Part shown: piece after piece, positions 1 through 11,386 of the stretch
How the letters are laid out: each line of letters opens with the position of its first letter
Position numbering within the stretch: position 1 is the stretch's first letter
From: Macrostomum lignano
Lineage: Eukaryota
DNA length: 64,000 bases
NCBI GenBank assembly: GCA_002269645.1
Contig: NIVC01000728.1
Span: forward strand, 250,422-314,421
Direction of reading: 5' to 3'
Translations under genes and position numbers: made by a program
Notes under the pieces: generated by a model
Database searches by the model: none
What the model saw: only the letters and a program-made list of their open reading frames with translations
What the model was told of the DNA's origin: nothing

Positions 1-2906
1 CCTTTTAATGACAGCAATGATTCAATGTTTGGTTTCAAACAGGGCCTTGTAGAGTGTATTGATTGTAATTAACACATCCAAAAAAGGTATTCCTGTGGAG
101 AATTTTCTTAGGTTGTAGTTTTTGCACTGAATGTCCATAAGGATTTAAAAAATATCTTTTTATTATGGAAAAGAAGCAACAAAGTTTTGAAATCTTTTTT
201 TAGCATAGATTTCATAGGCCTATCTGAATACAATGCAATAATCAGTTTGTGTGTAAAGTGTCCTGCATGGGCATTTTTTTGCATTTGAAGTTTTCTAAAG
301 CTACTGACAGTAGAAAAATTAGCATTTTTTATTATTTTCTGCAAGAGAGCAAAACTTATTTTTAATTTTTTACTTTCTTCATTTTTCTTTTGTTTTATTA
401 TCCAAAATGGCATACAAACAAAAGGAAACAATGATCTCATTGCCAGATTTTCCCACAACCCCAATAATGGTATTAATGGTTTGGGTAAACAGCAGGAGTA
501 AATACCTTGTCATCTAATTAGTATTAATTAGGCCTATCTTCACCTGTCTAGTCAGACTTAGTAGACTTAGTAGACAGACTAGGGACTCCAGTGAGATTTT
601 GAAATTTTATATTTCTACAATTTTTATTAGGCCCTAACATATATGCCCAACCTCAAAATTTCACCTGTCCAATGTGACTTAGTTTTGTCCAGATTTGTGA
701 CTTTGTTCCTTTCAATTGTGACTTTAGTTCCCCCAATTGTGACTTAATTTTCACTTTGTATATGACTTCTTGTTTTTCTTTCTCTTTTCTTTTTCTCTTT
801 TCCCTTTCTCTTTTTCTCTTTTCTTTCCTCCCCCAATTTTTCATTTTTTTGTTTTCAATTTTGCGACTTACCTTGGCTTATCCAGTTGTTACCTAGAACA
901 AGAAATAGCCAAAGGACTTTTCTAAGTAAAGGTGGCGCCAGAAGTACTCATTCAAGTAATCAAGTGCAAATTGAATAGGCCATTGCTAGTGCTATTCATG
1001 TTTTGGAAGTTTGCCTTGATATGCATCCAAGTCCCTTGGCTTCAATGATATTCATATGTAAAGTTCCTAATTTGTAGTTTCTAACTAGATCTGGGTTGTT
1101 TATTATTATGCCATTTAGTGAGCTCAGTGGACTATTGACTGCTATGGACTAATTTTAACTCATAGGCCTAATTTAACGCAGGAAAACAAGGCCCAAAGAT
1201 TATGCCAGGAATAGGCTCAGTTAACAAAAACAATGAAAGTTGCTAATTGTTCTACAAATATAAAATACTCATATTATACCTAGCCTAGTATGAGTAGGGC
1301 CTATTTTATATTAGGCCTAGTCATAGTATAGGCCTAACTTACTTACAGATTTATATCAAACACAATAAACAAGGCCTAAACACTTCGCCTGGATACTTAA
1401 GTTAAGCATTTGAAGTTTTGGCAGCTTTTCTGCCTTGGCTTCAGCAGGAGCAGCTCAGCTTTTTTAAAAGAACTAAGCCAGGCCGCCTCCTGACAGCTTA
1501 GTTGTAGAACATAAGTAAATTAGTAGGCCTATAGGCCTAAGGAAAGTGTATAGGCCTAGCCTAGGTTCAGTTCAGAAAAGATAACAGATAAGAGACAGTA
1601 GGTTGATAAGTTCTGTCATTTATTTGACTCAAAGCCAATTGCAGATTAAAATACAGGCGAAGCGCGTGGCTGTTAAAAGGGATAGGCCTAGGACTCTAAT
1701 ATTTAATGTATATAAAAAGAAGGCAGGCGACAAGGCCTAATCACATGGGGCCCGTAGAACTAGCTAGCTGATGTTGAAATTATTAACAAATGTATTATTT
1801 AAAACCTAGAACTGCTATACACTTCGGCTTGCTTTTAGATATCGATGGTTATTGATATAGTGATTCTTAATAAATGACAGTAAAATTGTTCGTTTTAGCT
1901 TTGAACTTCACACCACTGCCAAAGTATTTGTTAAAACGACTGAAACTACTGTAAATTAAATGAACAATAAATTAAAAGTCAATGACCAATTTTAGGTCAG
2001 ATCGAGGTCGGATCCCAGCGATATCGTAATTCAGAGATTCCACCTTCACGTTCTGACGTTCAGTGGTGTAGCTAGACGCCAGGATTTTCATCTGGTGAGG
2101 GTAGTCGCGGGCAAAACATGCATAGTAAATGTTATTGTAACAATCGATGGTAAATTACACCACAGAAGATTTTTGCCACTATGCCGCCCAGTCCTAGTTC
2201 CTAGTCTCTGAACTGAACGAAATATTTTAGCGTCACAGGCTTGGTTTTAGCACTGCAGGCAAATTATAGCTCTTGAAATTGTGTTACTATAAACCTTATA
2301 TTGACAATTAAAACAATGGGAAGCACTTTAAATTTATTTAATCTAATGTAGATTATTGAATGATTTCTTGGTTATTCTCGATCATTTTTACGACTTTTAT
2401 TATTTCAGTGATCTTGTAATATCCGCAAATTTGTCTAATTTTCATTATCAAAAGTAAATTGGCAAAAATATTTACAACTTCAATCTGAGACCTAAGTGAC
2501 TGACTGGTAATTTTTTATATTCCTTATTAGAATGAATCTCATCATATCATGAATGTGTGGTTATATGCACGATTTTATAGTTTTCGAAATATAAAATATG
2601 TACTTGCTTTAATTTGGTCATTGTATAATAAGTTGAGCAGGAACAAAAACTAACTAGAAAACATAACAACTAAAAAAGATTATTGTTTCAATTATAACTG
2701 ACGTTTTTCTCCAGCTGAACTTAACTTGGGTTTAACAGGATATGCTATATTAAGCATTTAATATTTCTAAGTTTTATGCATTTATATTTTTTATTATTAC
2801 CATTGGAATTTGCTGTTTAGACTGATAGACTCATCCAGAACACCGGATATTTTGCTTTCTTCATTCCCAGGCGGAGGAGAGCAGAAAATAATTCTAAAGC
2901 GCAGCT

Positions 2907-3291
2907 ATGCAGAGCCCAGACAGCTATGAACAGTCAATTAGCGTCTGGGACATTGTCTGCCAGTACTCAGCAGTCTCTGAGCACCATGAGCTGCGTCAGC
3001 TAATTGGGGAAGACCTGATCGATCAGACATTGGAGCTGCGCCGTGAGCTCGAGCTGCTCCTCGAGCTCCTGGCTGACGCGGACGATGGTCAGCAGCCGCC
3101 GCTGCCTCCACCGGCCGCTCGCCTGCCGGAGCCGCCGCAGATGCGAGAGCGACTCACCCAGGAGATTGTATTTTTCCTAGAGAGCATCCGAGAGCGAACC
3201 AGGCGGTCTGGCGGAATCGGCTCAGACGACTTGAAGCGGCTGGCTGTGAGCCAGGAAGTGGTGGACTACGCCTACGAGAGCAGCAGCAGCC
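2907..3291 (+). CDS. CCDC24: CCDC24-like coiled-coil protein, coding exon 1
   Basis: SVWDIVCQY...EHHELRQLIGEDLIDQTLELRRELELL...LPEPPQMRERLTQEI resembles the CCDC24 N-terminus (SLWELVEEH...[21 protein letters not shown]). Acceptor-like TTCCCAG at ~2870 upstream. Donor C|GTGAGC at 3291/3292, phase 1. Confidence 0.8.
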
Positions 3292-4533
3292 GTGAGCTTT
3301 GTGCTGATTTTGAGCTCACCATTTGCCCCCCCCCATCACACGCCATCAATGAGTCCAGCAGCCGTGAGCTTTGTGCTGATTTTGAGCTCACCATTTGCCC
3401 CCCCCCATCACACGCCATCAATGAGTCCAGCAGCCGTGAGCTTTGTGCTGATTTTGAGCTCACCATTTGCCGCCCCCCCATCACACGCCATCAATGAGTC
3501 CAGCAGCCGTGAGCTTTGTGCTGATTTTGAGCTCACCATTTGCCGCCCCCCCCATCACACGCCATCAAAGAGTCCAGCAGCCGTGAGCTTTGTGCTGATT
3601 TTGAGCTCACCATTTGCCGCCCCCCATCACACGCCATCAATGAGTCCAGCAGCCGTGAGCTTTGTGCTGATTTTGAGCTCACCATTTGCCCCCCCCATCA
3701 CACGCCATCAATGAGTCCAGCAGCCGTGAGCTTTGTGCTGATTTTGAGCTCACCATTTGCCGCCCCCCCCCATCACACGCCATCAAAGAGTCCAGCAGCC
3801 GTGAGCTTTGTGCTGATTTTGAGCTCACCATTTGCCGCCCCCCATCACACGCCATCAATGAGTCCAGCAGCCGTGAGCTTTGTGCTGATTTTGAGCTCAC
3901 CATTTGCCGCCCCCCCCCCATCACACGCCATCAATGAGTCCAGCAGCCGTGAGCTTTGTGCTGATTTTGAGCTCACCATTTGCCGCCCCCCCATCACACG
4001 CCATCAAAGAGTCCAGCAGCCGTGAGCTTTGTGCTGATTTTGAGCTCACCATTTGCCGCCCCCCCCCCATCACACGCCATCAAAGAGTCCAGCAGCCGTG
4101 AGCTTTGTGCTGATTTTGAGCTCACCATTTGCCGCCCCCCCCCATCACACGCCATCAAAGAGTCCAGCAGCCGTGAGCTTTGTGCTGATTTTGAGCTCAC
4201 CATTTGCCGCCCCCCCCATCACACGCCATCAAAGAGTCCAGCAGCCGTGAGCTTTGTGCTGATTTTGAGCTCACCATTTGCCGCCCCCCCCCATCACACG
4301 CCATCAAAGAGTCCAGCAGCCGTGAGCTTTGTGCTGATTTTGAGCTCACCATTTGCCCCCCCCATCACACGCCATCAATGAGTCCAGCAGCCGTGAGCTT
4401 TGTGCTGATTTTGAGCTCACCATTTGCCGCCCCCCCCATCACACGCCATCAATGAGTCCAGCAGCCGTGAGCTTTGTGCTGATTTTGAGCTCACCATTTG
4501 CCGCCCCCCCCATCACACGCCATCAATGAGTCA
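3279..4533 (+). repeat. ~72-77 bp tandem repeat (~17 units) spanning the exon 1/intron 1 boundary
   Basis: Unit GAGTCCAGCAGCCGTGAGCTTTGTGCTGATTTTGAGCTCACCATTTGCCG(C)nATCACACGCCATCAA(T/A); length varies in the poly-C run. Confidence 0.97.
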
Positions 4534-4861
4534 AGTTTTTTCGTGATTTGATGGCGGTGTAAACAAGCCTTTATACACTTAGTTGGGGCATCTAGTGTTT
4601 TCTCTGACATTATTCAACATTATTGAGAATGACTCAACTTAACAACTGTGATATCATATAAATTTGTGTTAAAGAAGTCATGCATTTCTACGAGTAGACA
4701 GTCAGATAGAGAGGCTTCACGGGAAAATGTTTGCTGACCCTTGGCCTGCGGTACCAATCTTTCTCGAATGGCTCTCAGTATATGAAATTTATTCCATCCA
4801 AACACTTTATCCTCTACTTATTCAGTGGGCATATTCGACAATAAATCGACTTTCTTTGCAG

Positions 4862-5048
4862 GCCCCTCAACTGGCATGTCGCGCCTCTCACTGGGCGAAG
4901 TGCGCGTCACCCCGTGCTCAAGCCGGCCTGGGTCCAGGTCGGCCAGGAGCGTCACTGCTGCTGGCTCGGCAGCCGCAGAGGTGGACGTCGCCCAGATGCG
5001 CGACCAGCTTACCTACATGCGCTGCGACGAAGTTAGAAAGAGGCTCAG
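4862..5048 (+). CDS. CCDC24: CCDC24-like, coding exon 2
   Basis: Acceptor TTTCTTTGCAG at 4860-4861; phase 1 joins to give RPSTGM; reads ...AQMRDQLTYMRCDEVRKRL; donor AG|GTGAGT at 5048/5049, phase 2. Confidence 0.8.
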
Positions 5049-5072
5049 GTGAGTTCCGTTGGTTTGTTGCAA

Positions 5073-5136
5073 TAGTTAGTTAATTAGCTTAGTTAGTTGG
5101 CTAGTTAGTTATTAGTTAGCTAATTAGTTTGTTAGC

Positions 5137-5191
<55 letters not shown>

Positions 5192-5741
5192 CTAGTTAGT
5201 TAGTTAGTAGATAGCGAGAAAGAGCGAGCGAAGCGAGCTCTTTCGAGCTTGCTTGCCGCAGCCAATCAAGCTGAAAGCACGCACACAAGATCACCGGAAA
5301 CGATTAAGGCAGCTGGAAAGCCAATGGGCGCGGTAAGCGCTTTTATCCAGAGGAACTACCTGCTGGAACCAGCTATGCCGAACGAAAATCAGACTACTCA
5401 AGTAGTGCAAAAGAGTACGTGCAACTACCGAGAAATCTAATTTTCGTAACCACTCCGGTGCAGGTCCTGGCTATAGATAGTAGATAGCGAGAAAGAGCGA
5501 GCGAAGCGAGCTCTTTCGAGCTTGCTTGCCGCAGCCAATCAAGCTGAAAGCACGCACACAAGATCGCCGGAAACGATTAAGGCAGCTGGAAAGCCAATGG
5601 GCGCGGTAAGCGCTTTTATCCAGAGGAACTACCTGCTGGAACCAGCCATGCCGAACGAAAATCAGACTACTCAAGTAGTGCAAAAGAGTACGTGCAACTA
5701 CCGAGAAATCTAATTTTCGTAACCGCTCCGGTGCAGGTCCG

Positions 5742-5772
<31 letters not shown>

Positions 5773-5901
5773 GGTTGGTTAGTTAGTTAGTTGGTTGGTT
5801 AGTTAGTTAGTTAGTTAGTTAATTAGTTAGTTATTTAGTTCGTTCGTTAGTTCGTTAGTTCGTTAGTTAGTTATTTAGTTAGTTCGTTAGTTCGTTAGTT
5901 C

Positions 5902-5932
<31 letters not shown>

Positions 5933-5990
5933 GGTTAGTTAGTTAGTTAGTTAGTTAGTTAGCTAGTTAGTTAGTTTATTAGTTAGTTAT

Positions 5991-6031
<41 letters not shown>

Positions 6032-6032
6032 C

Positions 6033-6063
<31 letters not shown>

Positions 6064-6140
6064 CAGTCAGTTAGTTAGTTAGTTAGCTAGTTAGTTAGTT
6101 AGTTAGTTAGTTAGTCAGTCAGTTAGTTAGTTAGTTAGTC

Positions 6141-6171
<31 letters not shown>

Positions 6172-6208
6172 CAGTCAGTCAGTTAGTTAGTTAGTTAGTT
6201 AGTTAGTC

Positions 6209-6239
<31 letters not shown>

Positions 6240-6318
6240 CAGTCAGTTAGTTAGTTAGTCAGTTAGTTAGTTAGTTAGTCAGTCAGTCAGTCAGTTAGTT
6301 AGTTAGTTAGTTAGTTAT

Positions 6319-6351
<33 letters not shown>

Positions 6352-6392
6352 CAGTCAGTCAGTCAGTTAGTTAGTTAGTTAGTTAGTTAGTC

Positions 6393-6423
<31 letters not shown>

Positions 6424-6498
6424 CAGTCAGTTAGTTAGTTAGTCAGTTAGTTAGTTAGTTAGTCAGTCAGTCAGTCAGTTAGTTAGTTAGTTAGTTAT

Positions 6499-6531
<33 letters not shown>

Positions 6532-6642
6532 CAGTCAGTCAGTCAGTTAGTTAGTTAGTTAGTTAGTTAGTCAGTTAGTTAGTTAGTTAGTTAGTTAATT
6601 AGTTAGTTAGTTAGCTAGTTAGTTAGTTAATTAGTTAGTTAT

Positions 6643-6675
<33 letters not shown>

Positions 6676-6805
6676 CAGTTAGTTAGTTAGTTAGTTAGTT
6701 AGTCAGTTAGTTAGTTAGTTAGTCAGTCAGTCAGTCAGTTAGTTAGTTAGTCAGTCAGTCAGTCAGTTAGTTAGTTAGCTACATGTAGCTAGTTAGCTAG
6801 TTAAT
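5073..6805 (+). repeat. (TTAG)n/(TCAG)n microsatellite in intron 2, interrupted by a 273-bp dimer
   Basis: Directly visible tetranucleotide array. Confidence 0.97.
5205..5740. repeat. Two near-identical tandem copies of a ~263-bp non-simple unit (period 273)
   Basis: 5205-5467 and 5478-5740 differ by only a few substitutions; both encode the same 63-aa track ORF. Confidence 0.95.
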
Positions 6806-7332
6806 CACACGGGTGCATGCGGCCAGACTTCTCGTCATTAGGCGTGTACACTTTCTTTGGCTCATTTAGTCGCTAAAGATTTATCAAGGCGTAAAATTGC
6901 CGAGCTGGAGTCAATTAAAATGATAATCTTGTTTGGGACACCGGTTATAATTTAGTTTCTCTTCTCTTGATATAATTTTTTGTGAAAGAAAACTGGCAGT
7001 TGTTCCTACTTTTAGTAAGATTTATTCCGCTTATTAACGAGCAAGGAGCGCATGTTTTTCTAACTATGATTAACAAAATCGTGACTGTTAGACCATATGC
7101 ATCCGCTGCACAATCTTGAATTCCATTAACCTAATAGGCTTAGGATGTCTGTTTCAGTTCAATCTTATCACTCCATTAGACTGAAATCCTTAGTCCACGA
7201 GAGTTTGGCTCATCAACATAAGAAGCTTTAGAAATTTTGAAAAGTTCCCGCTGTGCTGCAATTTCATTACCTGGCAGCTATTTTTAAATCCTTTAACTTT
7301 AAATTTTACTTGTCCATAGGCAGTAGCTTCAC

Positions 7333-7700
7333 AACCCCCGAGATTCACAACCTCTAAGATTCACAAACCCCGAGATACACAACCCCGAGATTCACAAACC
7401 TCCCGAGATACACAAACCCCGAGATACACAACCCCGAGATACACAACCCCGAGATTCACAAACCCCGAGATTCACAAACCCCGAGATACACAACCCCGAG
7501 ATACACAACCCCGAGATACACAACTCTCCCTCCTCGAGATTCACAACCCCGAGATTCACAAACTCCGAGATTCGCAACCTCGAGAGTCACTACCCCTGAG
7601 ATTTGCAACATCCCGAGATTCACAACATCCCGAGATTCACAACCCCATGAGATTCACTACCCTCGAGATTCACAACCCCGAACTTCACAACCCTCAAGCT
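7333..7700 (+). repeat. Degenerate 15-16 bp minisatellite (AACCCCGAGAT[AT]CAC)
   Basis: Visible tandem units. Confidence 0.9.
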
Positions 7701-7887
7701 TCGAAATTTCCAAACTACAAAAAACTATTAAAAAATTACACCAGACTTCAGAGCATTCAGTTAGAGTTGAATGTAAGAGTAAACCAAGTCTGTAATAAAG
7801 CGAATTTGCTCAAGACAACATTCCGTGAGCCACTATCTATTCTATAGTCACGCTAAATCGCTATAAAAAATGGTAATTCAAAACCAG

Positions 7888-8263
7888 GCAATATCTTCAA
7901 GAGGAAATCGAGGCGCTTAAGGAAGACCTTGCCAGCATGCAGGAGGCGGTAGCGTCCGGTAGGTCGTCACCCAGCATTGTCTCGGCCCGGGCCACCTACA
8001 GAGAGCCGACTCTGGCGGAGCTTCGAACCGAACGCCACAAACTGGAACAGGCTCTGCTGTCGTCGGCCGCCTCCGATGCTCCCCTGATTCAACAGCAGCC
8101 CAGTCAGCAGCACCTGCAGTTCAACAAGCCGGCCAACGCGTCCATTGCTAGACAGCCGAGTGAGCAGTTTGCAAGGCGACCATCGTCTGCGCAGCGACTT
8201 CGTTCGCTGGTGCAGCAGAGCCGGTTACAGCCGGAGCTGCCCGCTGTGGTTAACTCTGATTGA
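7888..8263 (+). CDS. CCDC24: CCDC24-like, coding exon 3 (3' end uncertain)
   Basis: Acceptor CCAG at 7886-7887; phase 2 gives RLR-QYLQEEIEALKEDLASMQEA, matching CCDC24 [22 protein letters not shown]; stop TGA at 8261-8263. Confidence 0.7.
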
Positions 8264-8424
8264 AGTGACAGATTTCAGGTTTTTTTCAGCTTCTGTTTAT
8301 CTGCATCGCAGTTCAGTTTTTAGTCTCCAAAATAGTTGTGGTCAGATGCTTCAGAAATTCAAATAGATTGCTGCTTGACCATTGTGAGCCTTTGGTTTTT
8401 GCTGGATGTGATCAATCATGGTCT

Positions 8425-9460
8425 TCTACCCGTCCACTGGACATCAACCACAGGTCTTCTCTCTCCAGTCCACTGGACATCAACCACAGGTCTTCTCTCT
8501 CCTCTGGTCCACTGGACATCAACCACAGGTCTTCTCTCTCTCCCCAGTCCACTGGACATCAATCACCGGTCTTCTCTCCAGTCCACTAGACATCAACCAC
8601 CGATCTTCTCCCCAGTCCACTGGACATCAAACACGGTCTTCTCTCTCCCCCAGTCTACTGGACATCAAACACGGTCTTCTCCCCAGTCCACTGGACATCA
8701 ACTACCGGTCTTCTCCCTCCTCTGGTCCACTGGACATCAACCACCGGTCTTCTCCCCAGTCCACTGGACATCAACTACCGGTCTTCTCCCCAGTCCATTG
8801 GACATCAACTACCGGTCTTCTCCCCAGTCCACTAGACATCAACCACCGGTCTTCTCCCCAGTCCACTAGACATCAACCACCGGTCTTCTCCCCAGTCCAT
8901 TGGACATCAAACACGGTCTTCTCTCTCCCCCAGTCCACTGGACATCAACCACAGGTCTTCTCTCTCCTCTGGTCCACTGGAAATCAACCACAGGTCTTCT
9001 CTCTCCTCCAGTCCACTGGACATCAATCACCGGTCTTCTCTCTCCCCCAGTCCACTGGACATCAACCACCGGTCTTCTCCCCAGTCCACTAGACATCAAC
9101 CACCGGTCTTCTCCCCAGTCCACTAGACATCAACCACCGGTCTTCTCCCCAGTCCACTAGACATCAACCACCGGTCTTCTCCCCAGTCCATTGGACATCA
9201 ACCACCGGTCTTCTCCCCAGTCCACTGGACATCAAACACGGTCTTCTCCCCAGTCCACTAGACATCAACCACCGGTCTTCTCCCCAGTCCATTGGACATC
9301 AACCACCGGTCTTCTCCCCAGTCCACTGGACATCAAACACGGTCTTCTCCCCAGTCCACTAGACATCAAACACCGGTCTTCTCCCCAGTCCATTGGACAT
9401 CAAACACGGTCTTCTCTCTCTCCCAGTCTACTGAACATCAACCACCGATCTGCTCACCCA
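8425..9460 (+). repeat. ~35-40 bp minisatellite (CCAGTCCACTGGACATCAACCACCGGTCTTCTCC)
   Basis: Visible tandem units downstream of the CCDC24-like stop. Confidence 0.95.
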
Positions 9461-9928
9461 GTCCAATGGAGTGCTCACGCTCTCACCTGTGTGATCTCGC
9501 ATTTACTTATGTACTTGTACCGTATCAACAAAAAATTTCACAGTTTTATTTTTGCACAGTTTTCGTCGATTCGCTGTTTTTCCTAGCACCTGCTTCACAT
9601 ACTGTGAGTTATATTTTACTTATAATTGTTTCAATTTTGTAACTGAACTGGAAGAAATATTGTTTGCATTGTTAGGGAAGAATACGACGTGTCAGTTACT
9701 ATGCATGGACTACTGTCTACTACATGAAGTAGGTAAAAACTAGCCTTGTATTTTTCTTGCGTGATTTTCGCTTCTTTTAGACAGCAATGATAAGCCAAGC
9801 AAAAAAATACATTTAACACTTCCATCACGGCGTGTTTGACTGATTTTTTCCGAACTAGACACCACATGTTTACGCATGTATTTCTTTTTTTGCAAACCTA
9901 TCCATGAGAGCCAAAACCAAAAAGACCA

Positions 9929-10768
9929 ATGTTGAAGGATGAGTGCATTGTTTCGACAAGCGTTGAAGGATGAGTGCATTGTTTCGACAAGCGTTGAAGG
10001 ATGAGTGCATTGTTTCGACAAGCGTTGAAGGATGAGTGCATTGTTTCGACAAGCGTTGAAGGATGAGTGCATTGTTTCGACAAGCGTTGAAGGATGAGTG
10101 CATTGTTTCGACAAGCGTTGAAGGATGAGTGCATTGTTTCGACAAGCGTTGAAAGATGAGTGCATTGTTTCGACAAGCGTTGAAAGATGAGTGCATTGTT
10201 TCGACAAGCGTTGAAAGATGAGTGCATTGTTTCGACAAGCGTTGAAGGATGAGTGCATTGTTTCGACAAGCGTTGAAGGATGAGTGCATTGTTTCGACAA
10301 GCGTTGAAGGATGAGTGCATTGTTTCGACAAGCGTTGAAGGATGAGTGCATTGTTTCGACAAGCGTTGAAGGATGAGTGCATTGTTTCGACAAGCGTTGA
10401 AGGATGAGTCAAGGACAACTTAAGTTTAGTAAGAAATGAAAACCTGAATGGTTTACTACAACACACACAGTCCTGTGCTCTATTTGTAGCGGTCGAATCC
10501 TAGGCTTATGTACGTAGAACTTTATACGGCTTACGGGCCTCCAAAAAAATTTCCACGAAAGCTGAGTGTCGCGTCCTATATATAACGTAAGTAACTTCAG
10601 TTGTCCTTGGGATGAGTGCATTGTTGCAACAAGCGTTAAATGATGAGTGCATTATTGCGACAAGCGTTGAAGAATGAGTGCATTATTGCGACAAGCGTTG
10701 AAGGATGAGTGCATTATTGCGACAAGCGTTGAAGGATGAGTGCATTATTGCGACAAGCGTTGAAGGAT
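9929..10768 (+). repeat. 31-bp minisatellite (GTTGAAGGATGAGTGCATTGTTTCGACAAGC), interrupted by a MITE
   Basis: Period 31 (9961 vs 9992); array resumes at 10610 with TGTTTCG->TATTGCG variant units. Confidence 0.97.
10410..10609. mobile_element. 200-bp non-autonomous DNA transposon (hAT-type MITE)
   Basis: TIRs CAAGGACAACTTAAGTT / AACTTCAGTTGTCCTTG (17 bp, 1 mismatch), flanked by an exact 8-bp TSD GGATGAGT (10402-10409, 10610-10617). An 8-bp TSD with CA...TG ends is typical of hAT. Confidence 0.85.
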
Positions 10769-11386
10769 TACTACTGAAGGCTGTGAGTCCATGAAATATC
10801 TATTTATAGTTATCGGCTATGTATTTATCCACACAAAAAAGTGCTCTGTTGTGACTATAGACAGGTGAAGCATATCAGAGAACCAAACACTAATTAGTAA
10901 ATCAAAGCAGACTTTTATGTTCGACTTTGCTTGCCCTTATTGACACGAGAAACGCGCCGACTGATGGGAATCACGTGCACTGCAACCGTGACATCAGAGA
11001 GGGTTTTGCAGAGTTTCCATGGTTACAACTTATTGACGGCTCTATCTCTTGTTACTTACGAGTAAAAGCAGTCGTGCGTGCCGCTTTCTACTCTTTGCCC
11101 TCATTTAGCAGTGCAGCCGGGTCTAACTCAATGCAATAATGAAGTCTTTTGAGCATAGACAGCAGCGTTGCACTCTCGGGATATACGCTCGTAACTACGC
11201 CTATAGCAGAACTGCGTTTAGTCCATGGCCAAAACTGACTCAAGCCTGACAGACGAAAGTGAAAATGATTAGGGGCGCTGCACTTCCCTCCCATCGACGA
11301 AGTTGCTGGGCGCACTCAGCCGGTCTGCTGGCAGGACTAAAAAAACAACAAGTACGCACGATTACCGACAGCCGACCAAATTCACC

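Noticed and set aside
870-1062. Minus-strand segment reading GTLHMNIIEAKGL (C2-domain-like) bounded by AG/GT-like sites
   Set aside because: Stops follow in all frames and there is no SDPY motif; cannot be supported as an exon.
5073-6805. (TTAG)n as a telomeric or interstitial telomere repeat
   Set aside because: Not TTAGGG/TTAGG; it lies within an intron and is mixed with TCAG, so it is an ordinary microsatellite.
9929-10409. 31-bp repeat starting GTTGAAG that resembles a CRISPR direct repeat
   Set aside because: Units are head-to-tail with no unique spacers, there are no cas genes, and the context is eukaryotic.
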